From an uncultured Fibrobacterota bacterium (GTDB lineage: Bacteria > Fibrobacterota > Chitinivibrionia > Chitinivibrionales > FEN-1185): DNA of 64,000 bases. Shown piece by piece: positions 1-9,917 of the stretch (the stretch's first letter is position 1; each line of letters opens with the position of its first letter). The notes beneath the pieces are model-generated. The model was not told where the DNA came from. It saw nothing but the letters and a program-made list of their open reading frames with translations, and ran no database searches. The DNA is taken from positions 64,001 to 128,000 of the forward strand of contig CAVSQB010000018.1 of NCBI GenBank assembly GCA_963729895.1, read 5' to 3'. Position numbers and translations under genes: made by a program.

Positions 1-12
1 AACACGAGTCCT

Positions 13-1071
13 TTGGATGCGGTCAGGGACAATTCCACGTTCGGCGATCCCATGCAGAATTTCGATATTACCATTACCAATGCAGAAGGCATTCTTTCGT
101 TTGGAAAAAGGGATGTTGCCGAGCTTACGATCGGAATAGGACGTTTCGAGTACAAGTATAATCCGCAGTCGCAGGATTTGGGCGAGTATATGTTTCGGAC
201 CGGGTGTTATCCGGCCTATATCGAAACAAATTTCGACCTTCCTTTGGCGCGCCTCAACGGCCTCCTCCTCTCGTTCAAGCTTTTCGATTTTTTGAGGCTG
301 GACCTCGTTATGAATACGATGTCGGACATCGAACCGTACTATAATTGGAACGGGACGTTTATCGCGGATGCAACCGTGGGCAAGGTTTTCGATGTGGGCG
401 CCGGAATTCAATTCGATGATCTTATTCCCGTTGACCAAAAGAACGATATGCGGACAAGCGTACACGATTACTCCACCAACGGGTATCTTACGGCCCCGGG
501 CGATACTGGCTACTACACATTCCAGGGAACAAAAGTAATGTTCCGGTTCATGTTCGATCCCAAGAGGTTTTTTGATGTTCCTTTTCTTGGGACGAATGAT
601 GGCCAGCTCTATTTTGAAACGGCAATCCTCGGCCTCGAAAATTATCCAAGAAGCAACGCGATTGATACAAATAACCTTTGCAATATTTACGGGTACGACA
701 ATATCTTCCAGAAAATGCCGGTCATGTTCGGATGCAACATTCCCACATTCAAACAGATGGACGTACTTTCGGTGGAAGGTGAATGGTTCGGGTCCAGATA
801 TCCGGACAGCTACAAGCCCTATCTTGACGGCCTCTCATCCACGCCAGCCAGTCTTGGGGCAAATGAAACTTCTTATGATTACACTCATGACGATTGGAAA
901 TGGGCAATCTACGGCAAGAAAACCATTTTTGGCGGATTATCGTTCATCGGCTTGGTGGGTCGCGATCATATGCGCACCGAAACGTACATAAAGTTGTATC
1001 AGGATTATGAGGAAGCGCTTATAAGGAACAGCGCATGGTACTGGATGCTAAAAGTAAAGTATAGCTTTTAG
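13..1071 (+). CDS. Putative outer-membrane beta-barrel protein, probably 5'-truncated by the window edge; paralog of 5104-6477
   Basis: Ends in YWMLKVKYSF (terminal Phe with alternating pattern). Shares the motifs YxYNxxxxxLGEYxFRxxxYP and MPVMxGxNxPTFKxxDVLSxExEW with the 5104-6477 product. Confidence 0.6.
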   Translation: MDAVRDNSTFGDPMQNFDITITNAEGILSFGKRDVAELTIGIGRFEYKYNPQSQDLGEYMFRTGCYPAYIETNFDLPLARLNGLLLSFKLFDFLRLDLVMNTMSDIEPYYNWNGTFIADATVGKVFDVGAGIQFDDLIPVDQKNDMRTSVHDYSTNGYLTAPGDTGYYTFQGTKVMFRFMFDPKRFFDVPFLGTNDGQLYFETAILGLENYPRSNAIDTNNLCNIYGYDNIFQKMPVMFGCNIPTFKQMDVLSVEGEWFGSRYPDSYKPYLDGLSSTPASLGANETSYDYTHDDWKWAIYGKKTIFGGLSFIGLVGRDHMRTETYIKLYQDYEEALIRNSAWYWMLKVKYSF

Positions 1072-1117
1072 CAACTGCAATGGAAAGCAATTCTTTTCTT
1101 TCAAAATGGAGGGTTCC

Positions 1118-2875
1118 ATGTTCAGGGCAAAGGTTGTTGTGGGCACACACATGGTGAAATTGATTCTTCTGGGGCTGATAGGAGCAGGATTGACGGCGCC
1201 TGTCCACGCGGTGCTCAAGGCCAAATGGCGCACCTCAACCTCGTCCGCCCCGTGGGTGGCCGAACAGCAATTGCAAATAGTAAACCACACGGCCCAGACA
1301 ACGGAAATCGATATCGACACCACGGTCAAGTACCAGACAATGACCGGTTGGGGCGGAAGCCCGAATGAATCCGGAGTACTGGGGCTTCATAAGTTATCAG
1401 CTGCGCTCCAGGACAGCGTGATGAGGGCCATGTTCGACACCGTGAACGGTTGCAAATTCAACATGATCCGTTTGCCCATCGGCTGCAGCGATTTTTCCCT
1501 GAGCGGGTATTCGCTTGACGATTACGCGGGCGATTATGCGATGAGCAGCGTCAACATTCATCGCGACAGCCTGGTGACGCTTGACTTCTGCAAGAAAGCC
1601 GCTGCGATAAACCCGAACCTCAAGGTGTGGGGGAGCCCCTGGACCGCGCCGGCGTGGATGAAGGGCAACAACAATTGGTCCGGAGGCGCATCCTATCCGA
1701 GCACCGCATGCGAACTGAAACAGGACAATGCCACCTTGACCGCCTATGCGCTCTATTTTTCCAAGGCGATCACGCTTTATAAGAATTACGGCATTCCCTT
1801 TTTCGCGCTCTCATTTCAAAATGAGCCGTACACCTGTCAACCGTTTCCGTCCATGATCTGGCCGAACGGCGGCACCATGCTGAATTTCATGAAGAATTAC
1901 CTGGGTCCGCGAATGACAGCCGATCATCCCGACGTCGAGCTGTGGACGCCCACCATGAATCTCAGCGACACCAGTTACTATTCCATGCTCAATGACCCGT
2001 ATTGTTCTTCCATCCTCACGACGGTTTGTTACCAATACCAGGGCGAATCCGCCATGCCGATAATTCATAAGGTGCACCCTGCGGTGAGAGGATATAATAC
2101 GGAATTGACATGCGGGGCAAACGCCAACAGCTGGAGTTATCCACAGACCCAGACATGGCCGGAAATCAAGATGGGTGTTTCAAATGGAAACTCAGGCGCT
2201 TTTCAATGGAATTTGCTGTTATGCAGTTTGCCCGGGGCGGCGTATGCAGACCTCTGCGGGTACAGCGCTATGTGGCAAAGTGCCGATGGTTCAACCGGAA
2301 ATTGGCCTCAGCAACCCATTATTTCGATCGACACTGCCGGAAAGAAGATTGCCTATAATACCGAGTTCTACATGTTGAAGCATCTAAGTTATTACATCAG
2401 GCCGGGCGCAAAGGTAGTTAAGGTGAGCGGACAATACGACACGAATCAGATTTCGGTCAAGAATCCTGATGGAAGCATTGCCGTGGTCACCAATAACCAG
2501 AACAACGCCGCGCAAAATATCGCGATATGCATCGGGACCCAGATGGTTACCGCCACCCTGCCCGCGCTCTCGTTTGCCAGTTTTACAATCTACGATTCTA
2601 CAACCACTGGCGTCAGTGAACCCCTGAGCGCCGCGGGTGCGGTTCACAAAGGGGTGTTGAGGATATCCGGAGCACGAAACGGAATTTCCGTTTTTCCGCA
2701 GGGGAACACCTACGAGCTAACCGTAATTGGAATTGATGGAAGCACAAAGGCGGTTCTTTCGTCTGCGAAAAACGGAGCAAATACGCTTTACGCAAGGAGC
2801 CTGGCGAGGGGTATCTATTTTGTTAAGGGCATGGTTGACGGCAAGGCATTCATTACGTCGGTTCCGGTTCTGTAA
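1118..2875 (+). CDS. Secreted GH30 glycoside hydrolase (glucosylceramidase/beta-glycosidase-like) with T9SS-like C-terminal domain
   Basis: Signal peptide; IRLPIGCSDFS, WGSPWTAPAWMK, acid/base motif FQNEP, candidate nucleophile YNTE; tail GIYFVKG; RBS GGAGG before ATG 1118. Confidence 0.85.
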   Translation: MFRAKVVVGTHMVKLILLGLIGAGLTAPVHAVLKAKWRTSTSSAPWVAEQQLQIVNHTAQTTEIDIDTTVKYQTMTGWGGSPNESGVLGLHKLSAALQDSVMRAMFDTVNGCKFNMIRLPIGCSDFSLSGYSLDDYAGDYAMSSVNIHRDSLVTLDFCKKAAAINPNLKVWGSPWTAPAWMKGNNNWSGGASYPSTACELKQDNATLTAYALYFSKAITLYKNYGIPFFALSFQNEPYTCQPFPSMIWPNGGTMLNFMKNYLGPRMTADHPDVELWTPTMNLSDTSYYSMLNDPYCSSILTTVCYQYQGESAMPIIHKVHPAVRGYNTELTCGANANSWSYPQTQTWPEIKMGVSNGNSGAFQWNLLLCSLPGAAYADLCGYSAMWQSADGSTGNWPQQPIISIDTAGKKIAYNTEFYMLKHLSYYIRPGAKVVKVSGQYDTNQISVKNPDGSIAVVTNNQNNAAQNIAICIGTQMVTATLPALSFASFTIYDSTTTGVSEPLSAAGAVHKGVLRISGARNGISVFPQGNTYELTVIGIDGSTKAVLSSAKNGANTLYARSLARGIYFVKGMVDGKAFITSVPVL

Positions 2876-3030
2876 AACAACAGGGTAATGACTGGCACGA
2901 TACTTTTCGGCCTGCTGGGAAGCAGCATAACCCGATCCCGTTACCCGGTTTCTTTGCGGCGTCCCATGTTCTGAGAAAGATCTCATTCAGGATGCCACAA
3001 GTTATCATTATGTAAATAGGGAGACTGCGC

Positions 3031-4803
3031 ATGGGAAAAACAAGTTATCGTAAAGCCGGATGGGGTGTTGTTTGCCTGTGTGTTGGTTGTGTCGTGCTGG
3101 GAATCTCGAGGGCGGGCGCGCAGAGCTTCGTTTTTACCAGTGGATTAGGAAGATATGATTCCGCATTTGCCGATGCGAAGGCCAACATCAAGAGTAACAC
3201 GGTAACATCCGCGGACGGCAGTTCTGTTTTTAATGCAGGCGCGTTCTGGGACGAAGTGTGGGAGCGAGATGGTTCATATTCGATTGAAATGGCTTGCGGA
3301 CATCTTGATCCCGCTACTTCAAAGAACACATTTACCTATAATACGGCGACGTGGAACAACCTGACGGTGCAAAGGCAGGATGTCTGCGGAGATTACGGAG
3401 GCTGGCCTAATTTAACGGATGGCATTGTATGGGCTACCGGAGCGTGGGCATATTACCGGCAAACGGGAGATGCGAACTTTCTTGCGTTTGCTTACCCTAT
3501 CGTCAGGAACTCGCTGCTCATGGCCGAAACCCCTGCAACAACCGATCATTGGGTAGTGCTCGACGCTGCCGACAGTCTGTACAGGGGATGTTCGTCATTT
3601 ATGGAATCAAGAAGCGCATATCCCCCCGTTTTTGATGGCAATGAAAACTACTCCAATCTTTCCGTTCCGTCCGTAGGCAACAGCAAATGCGGAAGCACGA
3701 ATATGCTTTACTATCACGCCTGGGTGATCGCCGATTCGATGGCAAAGCTTCTTGGAAAATCGCAAGCCACCCAGGATTCTCTAAGCGCAAGAGCATGGAC
3801 GATAAAAAATGCCATAAACAGGCAGTTGTGGAATGACTCGGAAGGGTATTATTATTACGTCAAATATGCCGACGGCAAAACAAAACTCAATCGCAACGAA
3901 GGGCTTGCGGACGCTTTTGCCATTCTTTACGACATTGCCGACTCCGCTCAAAAAGAGAGTATTCTTAACAAAACGATTCCGTCCGCATGGGGATACGTAT
4001 GCCAATATCCTCGAGATACAAATTGGATGTGTTATACATGCGGTGGCGATGTCTACTATTATCATAACGATATGATCTGGCAGTTTGTTCAGGGATATAT
4101 TGCCTGGGCGGCAACAAAAATAAAGAACATGACGGCATTTTACAATAACATACACAACTGCGCTCTGTTATGGTCGCATAGCGCTCCTGGAGAATTCAGG
4201 GAGTTTTTTCGTCCGGAAACCGGCTTTCCGGATGGCGGCAACCAGCAGTTGTGGAGCGCGGCCGGATATATTTCCATGGTGTTTCATGGCCTTTTTGGAA
4301 TGAATTTCGACGTGGACGGCGTTAGGTTCGACCCCATGGTTCCCGATACCTTCAAAAACGCCATGACGCTAAATAAGTTCATTTATCGAAAAGACACGCT
4401 TAACATGACGGTGACCGGGCCAGGGAAATATCTTCAGACTTTTAGTTTAGACGGCGTACAGCAGGCCGCTTTTATTCCAGCCGCTTTGACGGGGACGCAC
4501 ACGGTGGTCATGACCATGGCCAATGCGCCGGTTACCGCTCTTTTGCAGGCTCATCGTGTCGCCGCAATGGAGAGTAACCGGATTAGAATATCCTGGAATT
4601 CAACGCAGGGAATGAGTTTAACCTTCGGTATGTGCCAAAAAGTCAATGCAACATTTTATTCTCTTACCGGAAAATGTGTCGCTGAATTCAGTACGGTGAA
4701 TGGGACCGTGACTATTGGCAACCACATCCTTGTACCCGGTGCGTATGTTGTCAAATGGAATTCCGTGAAGGCTGATGGGTTTCAGAAGATCATGTTGAAG
4801 TAA
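3031..4803 (+). CDS. Secreted (alpha/alpha)6-barrel glycoside hydrolase (amylo-alpha-1,6-glucosidase/MGH1-like) with T9SS-like C-terminus
   Basis: Signal peptide; motifs WERDGSYS, YHNDMIWQFVQGY, QLWSAAGYISMV; tail GAYVVKW. Confidence 0.7.
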   Translation: MGKTSYRKAGWGVVCLCVGCVVLGISRAGAQSFVFTSGLGRYDSAFADAKANIKSNTVTSADGSSVFNAGAFWDEVWERDGSYSIEMACGHLDPATSKNTFTYNTATWNNLTVQRQDVCGDYGGWPNLTDGIVWATGAWAYYRQTGDANFLAFAYPIVRNSLLMAETPATTDHWVVLDAADSLYRGCSSFMESRSAYPPVFDGNENYSNLSVPSVGNSKCGSTNMLYYHAWVIADSMAKLLGKSQATQDSLSARAWTIKNAINRQLWNDSEGYYYYVKYADGKTKLNRNEGLADAFAILYDIADSAQKESILNKTIPSAWGYVCQYPRDTNWMCYTCGGDVYYYHNDMIWQFVQGYIAWAATKIKNMTAFYNNIHNCALLWSHSAPGEFREFFRPETGFPDGGNQQLWSAAGYISMVFHGLFGMNFDVDGVRFDPMVPDTFKNAMTLNKFIYRKDTLNMTVTGPGKYLQTFSLDGVQQAAFIPAALTGTHTVVMTMANAPVTALLQAHRVAAMESNRIRISWNSTQGMSLTFGMCQKVNATFYSLTGKCVAEFSTVNGTVTIGNHILVPGAYVVKWNSVKADGFQKIMLK

Positions 4804-5103
4804 TTCCGGGTGCCCAAAATTCATGTCTTAACCAGGTTATGGTTCCCTCGGCTGAGGGACATGCACCTAAAGATCCTGCCGTCGTGCGGGAAAAGATTCT
4901 TGTTTCCGCTTTGTTGCGCTTATCCCCCTGGCCCGTTTGCTCGCGGTGCTGCATGCGATTGCACTCGCCCCTGCTCCGCAGTTGCCTTATAGAGAAAGGA
5001 AGCAAAGCCAATGTTCTGTAGCGTCCTCCACTGCCAGGAGAGACGGGTGCGCGAGTGATAACCCCGCTATGCAGTGGGAATTCCTTATCAAGAAAGGTGC
5101 CAT

Positions 5104-6477
5104 ATGCAGGTTGGTGTTCAAATGATAGCAGGCAGAAGCATGGGTCTAAAATGGTTTGGCGGTACAGTTCTCAGCATTGCAATTATCCTAATTGCAAACA
5201 GGCCCTGTAGTGCCGAAAAGCCCGACATTTCCGTTGATTTTTCCGGATACGCCGCTATCCAGGATGGTGAAATAGTCAAGGGAATGTATGGATCAAGGTG
5301 GGATGTCTTGGACCATCAATGGCAGCAATTTCTGTTCGGAGGGTTCGACTTGGACGCCACTGTCAACAAGAGGCTCCATATTGTTTTTGGCCCTGAATGT
5401 GAAATGGCCCAGGGTGTTTACGACTTGTCCGGGGAGACCAATTATTCGTCGGACCTTGAATCCTATAATGTCTTTTATAAATTCTATTTGGACCAGATGA
5501 AAGGCACATACTCGCTGGGCGAATTGGACAATCCTTATTTGAAAGTCACCTTAGGGTATTTCAAATACCACTATAACCAGGATGTGAAAAGCCTTGGGGA
5601 ATATCTTTTTAGGGCGACCGCTTATCCGGGATACATCATCAACAGCTTCGCATCGGTTTATCAACGCTTGCCCGGGCTTTGCTTGGAATACCGGCAGATT
5701 CCCGGTTTGAAGGTCGACGCGCTATTGACAAGTGAAACCCAGTATCCGGTGGGCGATTTTACACCGTCGGTTTTGGCGAGCTATGCAGTGGGCGGCACGG
5801 GAAACCATCCGTTGGTTGAGGTCGGTGCCGGGGTATGCTTTCAAAGACTCATTTCGATCAATACGGCCCTCACGACGCCTCACTACGTCGCCAATCAGAC
5901 CATTGGATACGACACGTCATATCCCGCGCCGAACGAGACCACCGTTGTCGCAGACACCACCTATTGTTCCTTTGCCGCGACCAAGGTAATGGCGCGCTTT
6001 TCATTCGACCCCAAGCAGCTTTTTGGCAGGCCCGGTATTTTTGGCGACGAAGACCTGAAATTGTACGGAGAAGGGTGCATTCTCGGCACACAAAATTATC
6101 CTATCGTTTATGATAATATTTTAAAGAGGATGCCGGTAATGCTTGGATTTAACGTCCCGACTTTCAAGCTATTGGACGTTTTGTCCGCCGAGGTCGAGTG
6201 GTACGACAGCAAATATTCGAACAACTACCAGCTCGCCTATTTTCCGACATTCAAAGCTCCTTTGCCTTTGATAAGTGCGGGCGAACCCCCGCACTATCCC
6301 TGGTACTGGGACATTTATTTCGCTAGAAAGATCATCTATGGGCTGCAATTGATGGGTGATGTCGGTCGGACTCATTACTTTACATCAGCAAACCTTGACT
6401 TTTATAGAGACACGAGGGAAGAGTGCCCTAGCCATGGAGATTGGCAATTTACCTTGCGGGCGCAGTACAATTTTTAG
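5104..6477 (+). CDS. Putative outer-membrane beta-barrel protein, paralog of 13-1071
   Basis: N-terminal hydrophobic signal; ends WQFTLRAQYNF; motifs shared with 13-1071. Confidence 0.6.
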   Translation: MQVGVQMIAGRSMGLKWFGGTVLSIAIILIANRPCSAEKPDISVDFSGYAAIQDGEIVKGMYGSRWDVLDHQWQQFLFGGFDLDATVNKRLHIVFGPECEMAQGVYDLSGETNYSSDLESYNVFYKFYLDQMKGTYSLGELDNPYLKVTLGYFKYHYNQDVKSLGEYLFRATAYPGYIINSFASVYQRLPGLCLEYRQIPGLKVDALLTSETQYPVGDFTPSVLASYAVGGTGNHPLVEVGAGVCFQRLISINTALTTPHYVANQTIGYDTSYPAPNETTVVADTTYCSFAATKVMARFSFDPKQLFGRPGIFGDEDLKLYGEGCILGTQNYPIVYDNILKRMPVMLGFNVPTFKLLDVLSAEVEWYDSKYSNNYQLAYFPTFKAPLPLISAGEPPHYPWYWDIYFARKIIYGLQLMGDVGRTHYFTSANLDFYRDTREECPSHGDWQFTLRAQYNF

Positions 6478-6705
6478 CACTGCACCAATCGAAATACATC
6501 TGACGTTGCTTAAGCATGGTCGGCTGGCCTGTGGCGGTGGCGTTTGCCGCGATCGCAGGAAATGCCTTGCCGGGATCCAGAAGTCAGTCCACATACAAGG
6601 ACAACCCGATTGCCAGCACGGGAATAATGTGGAACTAATCGCACTATCTAAGCCATAGTAATCCAAAGACCAAACAGCGGAACCATTTGTGCAAAACTTG
6701 ATTCT

Positions 6706-8460
6706 ATGAATACTTTAGACAAAACCGAGAAGAGCGGAGGACTGCTAAGCGATAAAGAACTGCTCAATTTTCTCCTCGATCATATACCCGATTCCATTTA
6801 CTTCAAGGATCTGCAAAGCAGGTTTCTCAAAGCCAATAAGGCCTTGGCGGAAAAAGTGCAGGCCCATGACGCGCAGGAGCTCGAAGGCAAGACTGATTTC
6901 GACTTATTTACAACCGAACATGCCCGGCAGGCGTTCGTGGATGAACAACGCGTGATGAGCACCGGTACGCCGATTGTCGGAATAGAAGAAAAGGAGACCT
7001 GGCCCAACCGGCCCGACACCTGGGTCTCGACAACAAAAATGCCGATTACAAACGGGAAAGGCGATGTCATCGGTACCTTCGGCTTATCACGCGATATTAC
7101 CGAGGTCAAGAAATACCGCGATGCATTGCAGCAGGCTAAGGAGGAGCTCGAACAACGCGTCGTGGAACGCACAGCGGAGATCGCCGAGGCAAAGTCGCGT
7201 CTCGAACAGCATCTCGAACAGCTCAACTTCCTTTATGTCACTTCCTTTGAATTGGCTCAAATCACCTCGATTGATGAAATATATCGTGCAATCGGCAAGG
7301 CATTTTTGTCTCGATTTCCTTTTGCGCAAATTTGTATTTGCCAAAGAACCAAAACCGGTTTTGCGTGTGTGTATGCGGGAAGTTGTCTGGACACCACCGA
7401 ATCCCGGCACCTGTGTGAAAAAGCGCTTGAGCCTTTTGCAATCAAAGAGATAAAAGTGCCGAGAATCGTTGACGATTGGTCCGCCAAAAATCATCTGAAA
7501 CTATCCTGGCCAAAAGAGCTTATCGATAACCCCTGCTGGATCGCGATGCCGCTTATTGCCGACAAGAGAGTACTTGCAGTAATACAGCTTTTTGCACCTA
7601 CACAAGAGAAACAGTTTTACTTTCAGGAACACGATCTGCTCGCCACGCTTTGCGCACACGCGGCGGCGTGCCTAAACAACGCTTTTCACTATAGAGACAT
7701 CGAGGTCAGGGCGCGGATGGAGGGAGAGCTTGCGGCTGCGCGGGACATGCAACAAAGCCTCATGCCCCGCGAAGCCCCCCGAATTCCGCGGGTGGACCTT
7801 GCCGGAGCGTATTTGCCGGCCTATGAGGTAAGCGGCGACTACCTTGACTACTTTCAGGCGAGCGACGGGTCTTGGGTACTCATCATTGCCGATGTATGCG
7901 GAAAGGGCGTGCCTGCTGCACTTCTCATGATGGCATTGCGCAATATAGCTCGGGTCGAAGGCAAACTCCACTATTCGGCCAAAAGCCTTCTGTGCGGAAT
8001 TAACGAGTCGATACTTTTTAATCTTAACGAACGATCCTTCATTACAGCTCTCTGCCTTGTCATAAAGCCAGATGGTTCTTCCATGACTTATGCGCGCGCA
8101 GGCCACCCTAAACTTCTGAAAATCAACGCAGCGGGGACTGCAGTTGAGGCCTTACCGTGCAAAGGCATAGCCATAGGCTTTGCGAAAAACCCGGAAGACG
8201 CTTATACACTGTTCGAGGAGGTTTCCATTCCGCTTGTTGCAGGGGATACCTTTGTTGCCTTCACCGACGGCCTTACCGATGCCGCCAATGACAAAAAAGA
8301 ATTGTACGGTATCGCGCGACTCGCCGAATCGCTGCAAAAGCAGCAAAATAAGTCACCCAAAGAACTGGTTGAAACAATTCTAGAGAACGTGGACAAGTTC
8401 ACAAACAAGCAACCTCAGAGTGACGATCTCACAATGTTTGCAATGAAAGTGAATGCGTAA
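6706..8460 (+). CDS. PAS-GAF-PP2C (SpoIIE/RsbU-like) serine phosphatase
   Basis: PAS/PAC (IYFKDLQSRF...GKTDFDLF...GLSRDITE), coiled coil, GAF, then SGDYLD, IADVCGKG, FTDGL and SDDLT. Confidence 0.9.
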   Translation: MNTLDKTEKSGGLLSDKELLNFLLDHIPDSIYFKDLQSRFLKANKALAEKVQAHDAQELEGKTDFDLFTTEHARQAFVDEQRVMSTGTPIVGIEEKETWPNRPDTWVSTTKMPITNGKGDVIGTFGLSRDITEVKKYRDALQQAKEELEQRVVERTAEIAEAKSRLEQHLEQLNFLYVTSFELAQITSIDEIYRAIGKAFLSRFPFAQICICQRTKTGFACVYAGSCLDTTESRHLCEKALEPFAIKEIKVPRIVDDWSAKNHLKLSWPKELIDNPCWIAMPLIADKRVLAVIQLFAPTQEKQFYFQEHDLLATLCAHAAACLNNAFHYRDIEVRARMEGELAAARDMQQSLMPREAPRIPRVDLAGAYLPAYEVSGDYLDYFQASDGSWVLIIADVCGKGVPAALLMMALRNIARVEGKLHYSAKSLLCGINESILFNLNERSFITALCLVIKPDGSSMTYARAGHPKLLKINAAGTAVEALPCKGIAIGFAKNPEDAYTLFEEVSIPLVAGDTFVAFTDGLTDAANDKKELYGIARLAESLQKQQNKSPKELVETILENVDKFTNKQPQSDDLTMFAMKVNA

Positions 8461-8558
8461 CAAACAAAGAACCCCGATTTGATTTCTTTCTTTGTAACAA
8501 CGGCAACCGACCTGGGCACCTTTCGGCACAACACGATTCACGACTGTCTGCGCCCTAG

Positions 8559-9870
8559 CAGGTTGTTGAAATAGTCCTAACAGAAGCGCTCTTGTTGATT
8601 TTTTATGAACCTAACTTCAACTTTACATATGTCAGAGAGGTTTTACCTGCCTCGTTCCGAGGCATTTCCCCGGATTCCCAGGCCATTCTCATGCTGCCCC
8701 CACCGTTTGCGGCATCAACTTAACCATGCGTATCAAGTTGTACGCTGCGGCAACCACGTAGGCAACAGTCTGGTTGATTCGTATTCCTCTTACCCGAGTT
8801 TTCCGCAGGCCACCGACGCTCTTGATCCACCCAAATATCTCTTCAACCCGTTTTCGTTTCCTTTGACTTACGCTGTATCCCTTATGCCGAGTCGTTCTTC
8901 CATCCAACCCTTTAAGCGAAGTGTTGGCCTTCTCGGCAATGTGAGGCTTCACGTGCAGGCGTCGCAGGCTCTTGATAAATTCGGTTGCATGATACCCTTT
9001 GTCTGCACCCACCGTCTTCATCCGGCGTTTTCCGCGCCTGCGTTCATGCTTTATCAGCTCAAGCGCCATATCCCGTTCCGCTGTCCCCGTCGCTGGCGCA
9101 ATGGCGATATCAACACACAACCCATTTCGGTTTTCCATCAGCACGTGACCGGAATACGCCAGCTGCGCTCCCGTTCTCTTGTTCTTCCGAGCCAACCGCG
9201 CCTCTGGATCGGTCGAACTCTGATGTGTCTCATTGCTTCGCTTCTCATGGTGGAAATCAACCGACGGATTACTCCGATCATCGTCAGTCTTGTTCGCCGA
9301 TTCCGCGTCTTTTCGCTTGAAGCTCTTCATCGATGCCCAGGCTTCAATCAACGTGCCGTCAACCGTGAAATGCTCATCGGACAACAACTCTTCGGAACGA
9401 GCAAGACGCACGATTTCCTGCATCAGCCGGTGCGCAATCTCCTGTTCCATAAGTCGATCTCGGTTCTTCGAAAACACACTATGATCAAACGATGCCGCAT
9501 CCAGATCCATGTCAAGAAACCATCGGAACAGAATGTTATAGTCCAGCATCTCGCAAAACAACCGGTCCGACCGTATCGAAAACAAAGCCATCAATATCTG
9601 TGCTTTCAAAAGCCATTCCGGCGGTATCGAAGGGCGTCCCATCCGGCTGTACATCGCCTCAAAGTCACGAGAAAGGCGGCGCAGCGCTATGTCCGTAAAC
9701 TGTTTGACACGACGAAGCGGGTGTGTTGCCGGCACTCGGGAATCCGGAGAAACGAAGCTGAACATACCGCCTTGGGCTGGCTGGGAACCTCTCATCAATA
9801 CTCCTTGGTTGGGGTTCCCCTATAATATAAGGATAAATGTTTACAAAAGGGAGACTTTTTCAACACCCTG
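8559..9870 (-). mobile_element. IS5-family insertion sequence (1312 bp)
   Basis: 18-bp terminal inverted repeats CAGGTTGTTGAAATAGTC (8559-8576) and GACTTTTTCAACACCCTG (9853-9870), 16/18 matching; CTAG on both flanks (8555-8558, 9871-9874). Confidence 0.93.
8689..9798 (-). CDS. IS5-family DDE transposase
   Basis: GRPSIPPE N-terminal motif; catalytic motifs TVDGT, GADKGY, RKRVEEIFGW. Confidence 0.93.
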   Translation of the reverse strand: MMRGSQPAQGGMFSFVSPDSRVPATHPLRRVKQFTDIALRRLSRDFEAMYSRMGRPSIPPEWLLKAQILMALFSIRSDRLFCEMLDYNILFRWFLDMDLDAASFDHSVFSKNRDRLMEQEIAHRLMQEIVRLARSEELLSDEHFTVDGTLIEAWASMKSFKRKDAESANKTDDDRSNPSVDFHHEKRSNETHQSSTDPEARLARKNKRTGAQLAYSGHVLMENRNGLCVDIAIAPATGTAERDMALELIKHERRRGKRRMKTVGADKGYHATEFIKSLRRLHVKPHIAEKANTSLKGLDGRTTRHKGYSVSQRKRKRVEEIFGWIKSVGGLRKTRVRGIRINQTVAYVVAAAYNLIRMVKLMPQTVGAA

Positions 9871-9917
9871 CTAGGGGGGAAACTTCTCCCTACAAAGATA
9901 CTTTTGGATTCAGATCG

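Noticed and set aside
4804..5100. Riboswitch upstream of the second outer-membrane gene
   Set aside because: No conserved aptamer motif recognised.
8605..9825. 406-aa plus-strand ORF
   Set aside because: Antisense shadow of the IS5 transposase; no recognisable motifs.
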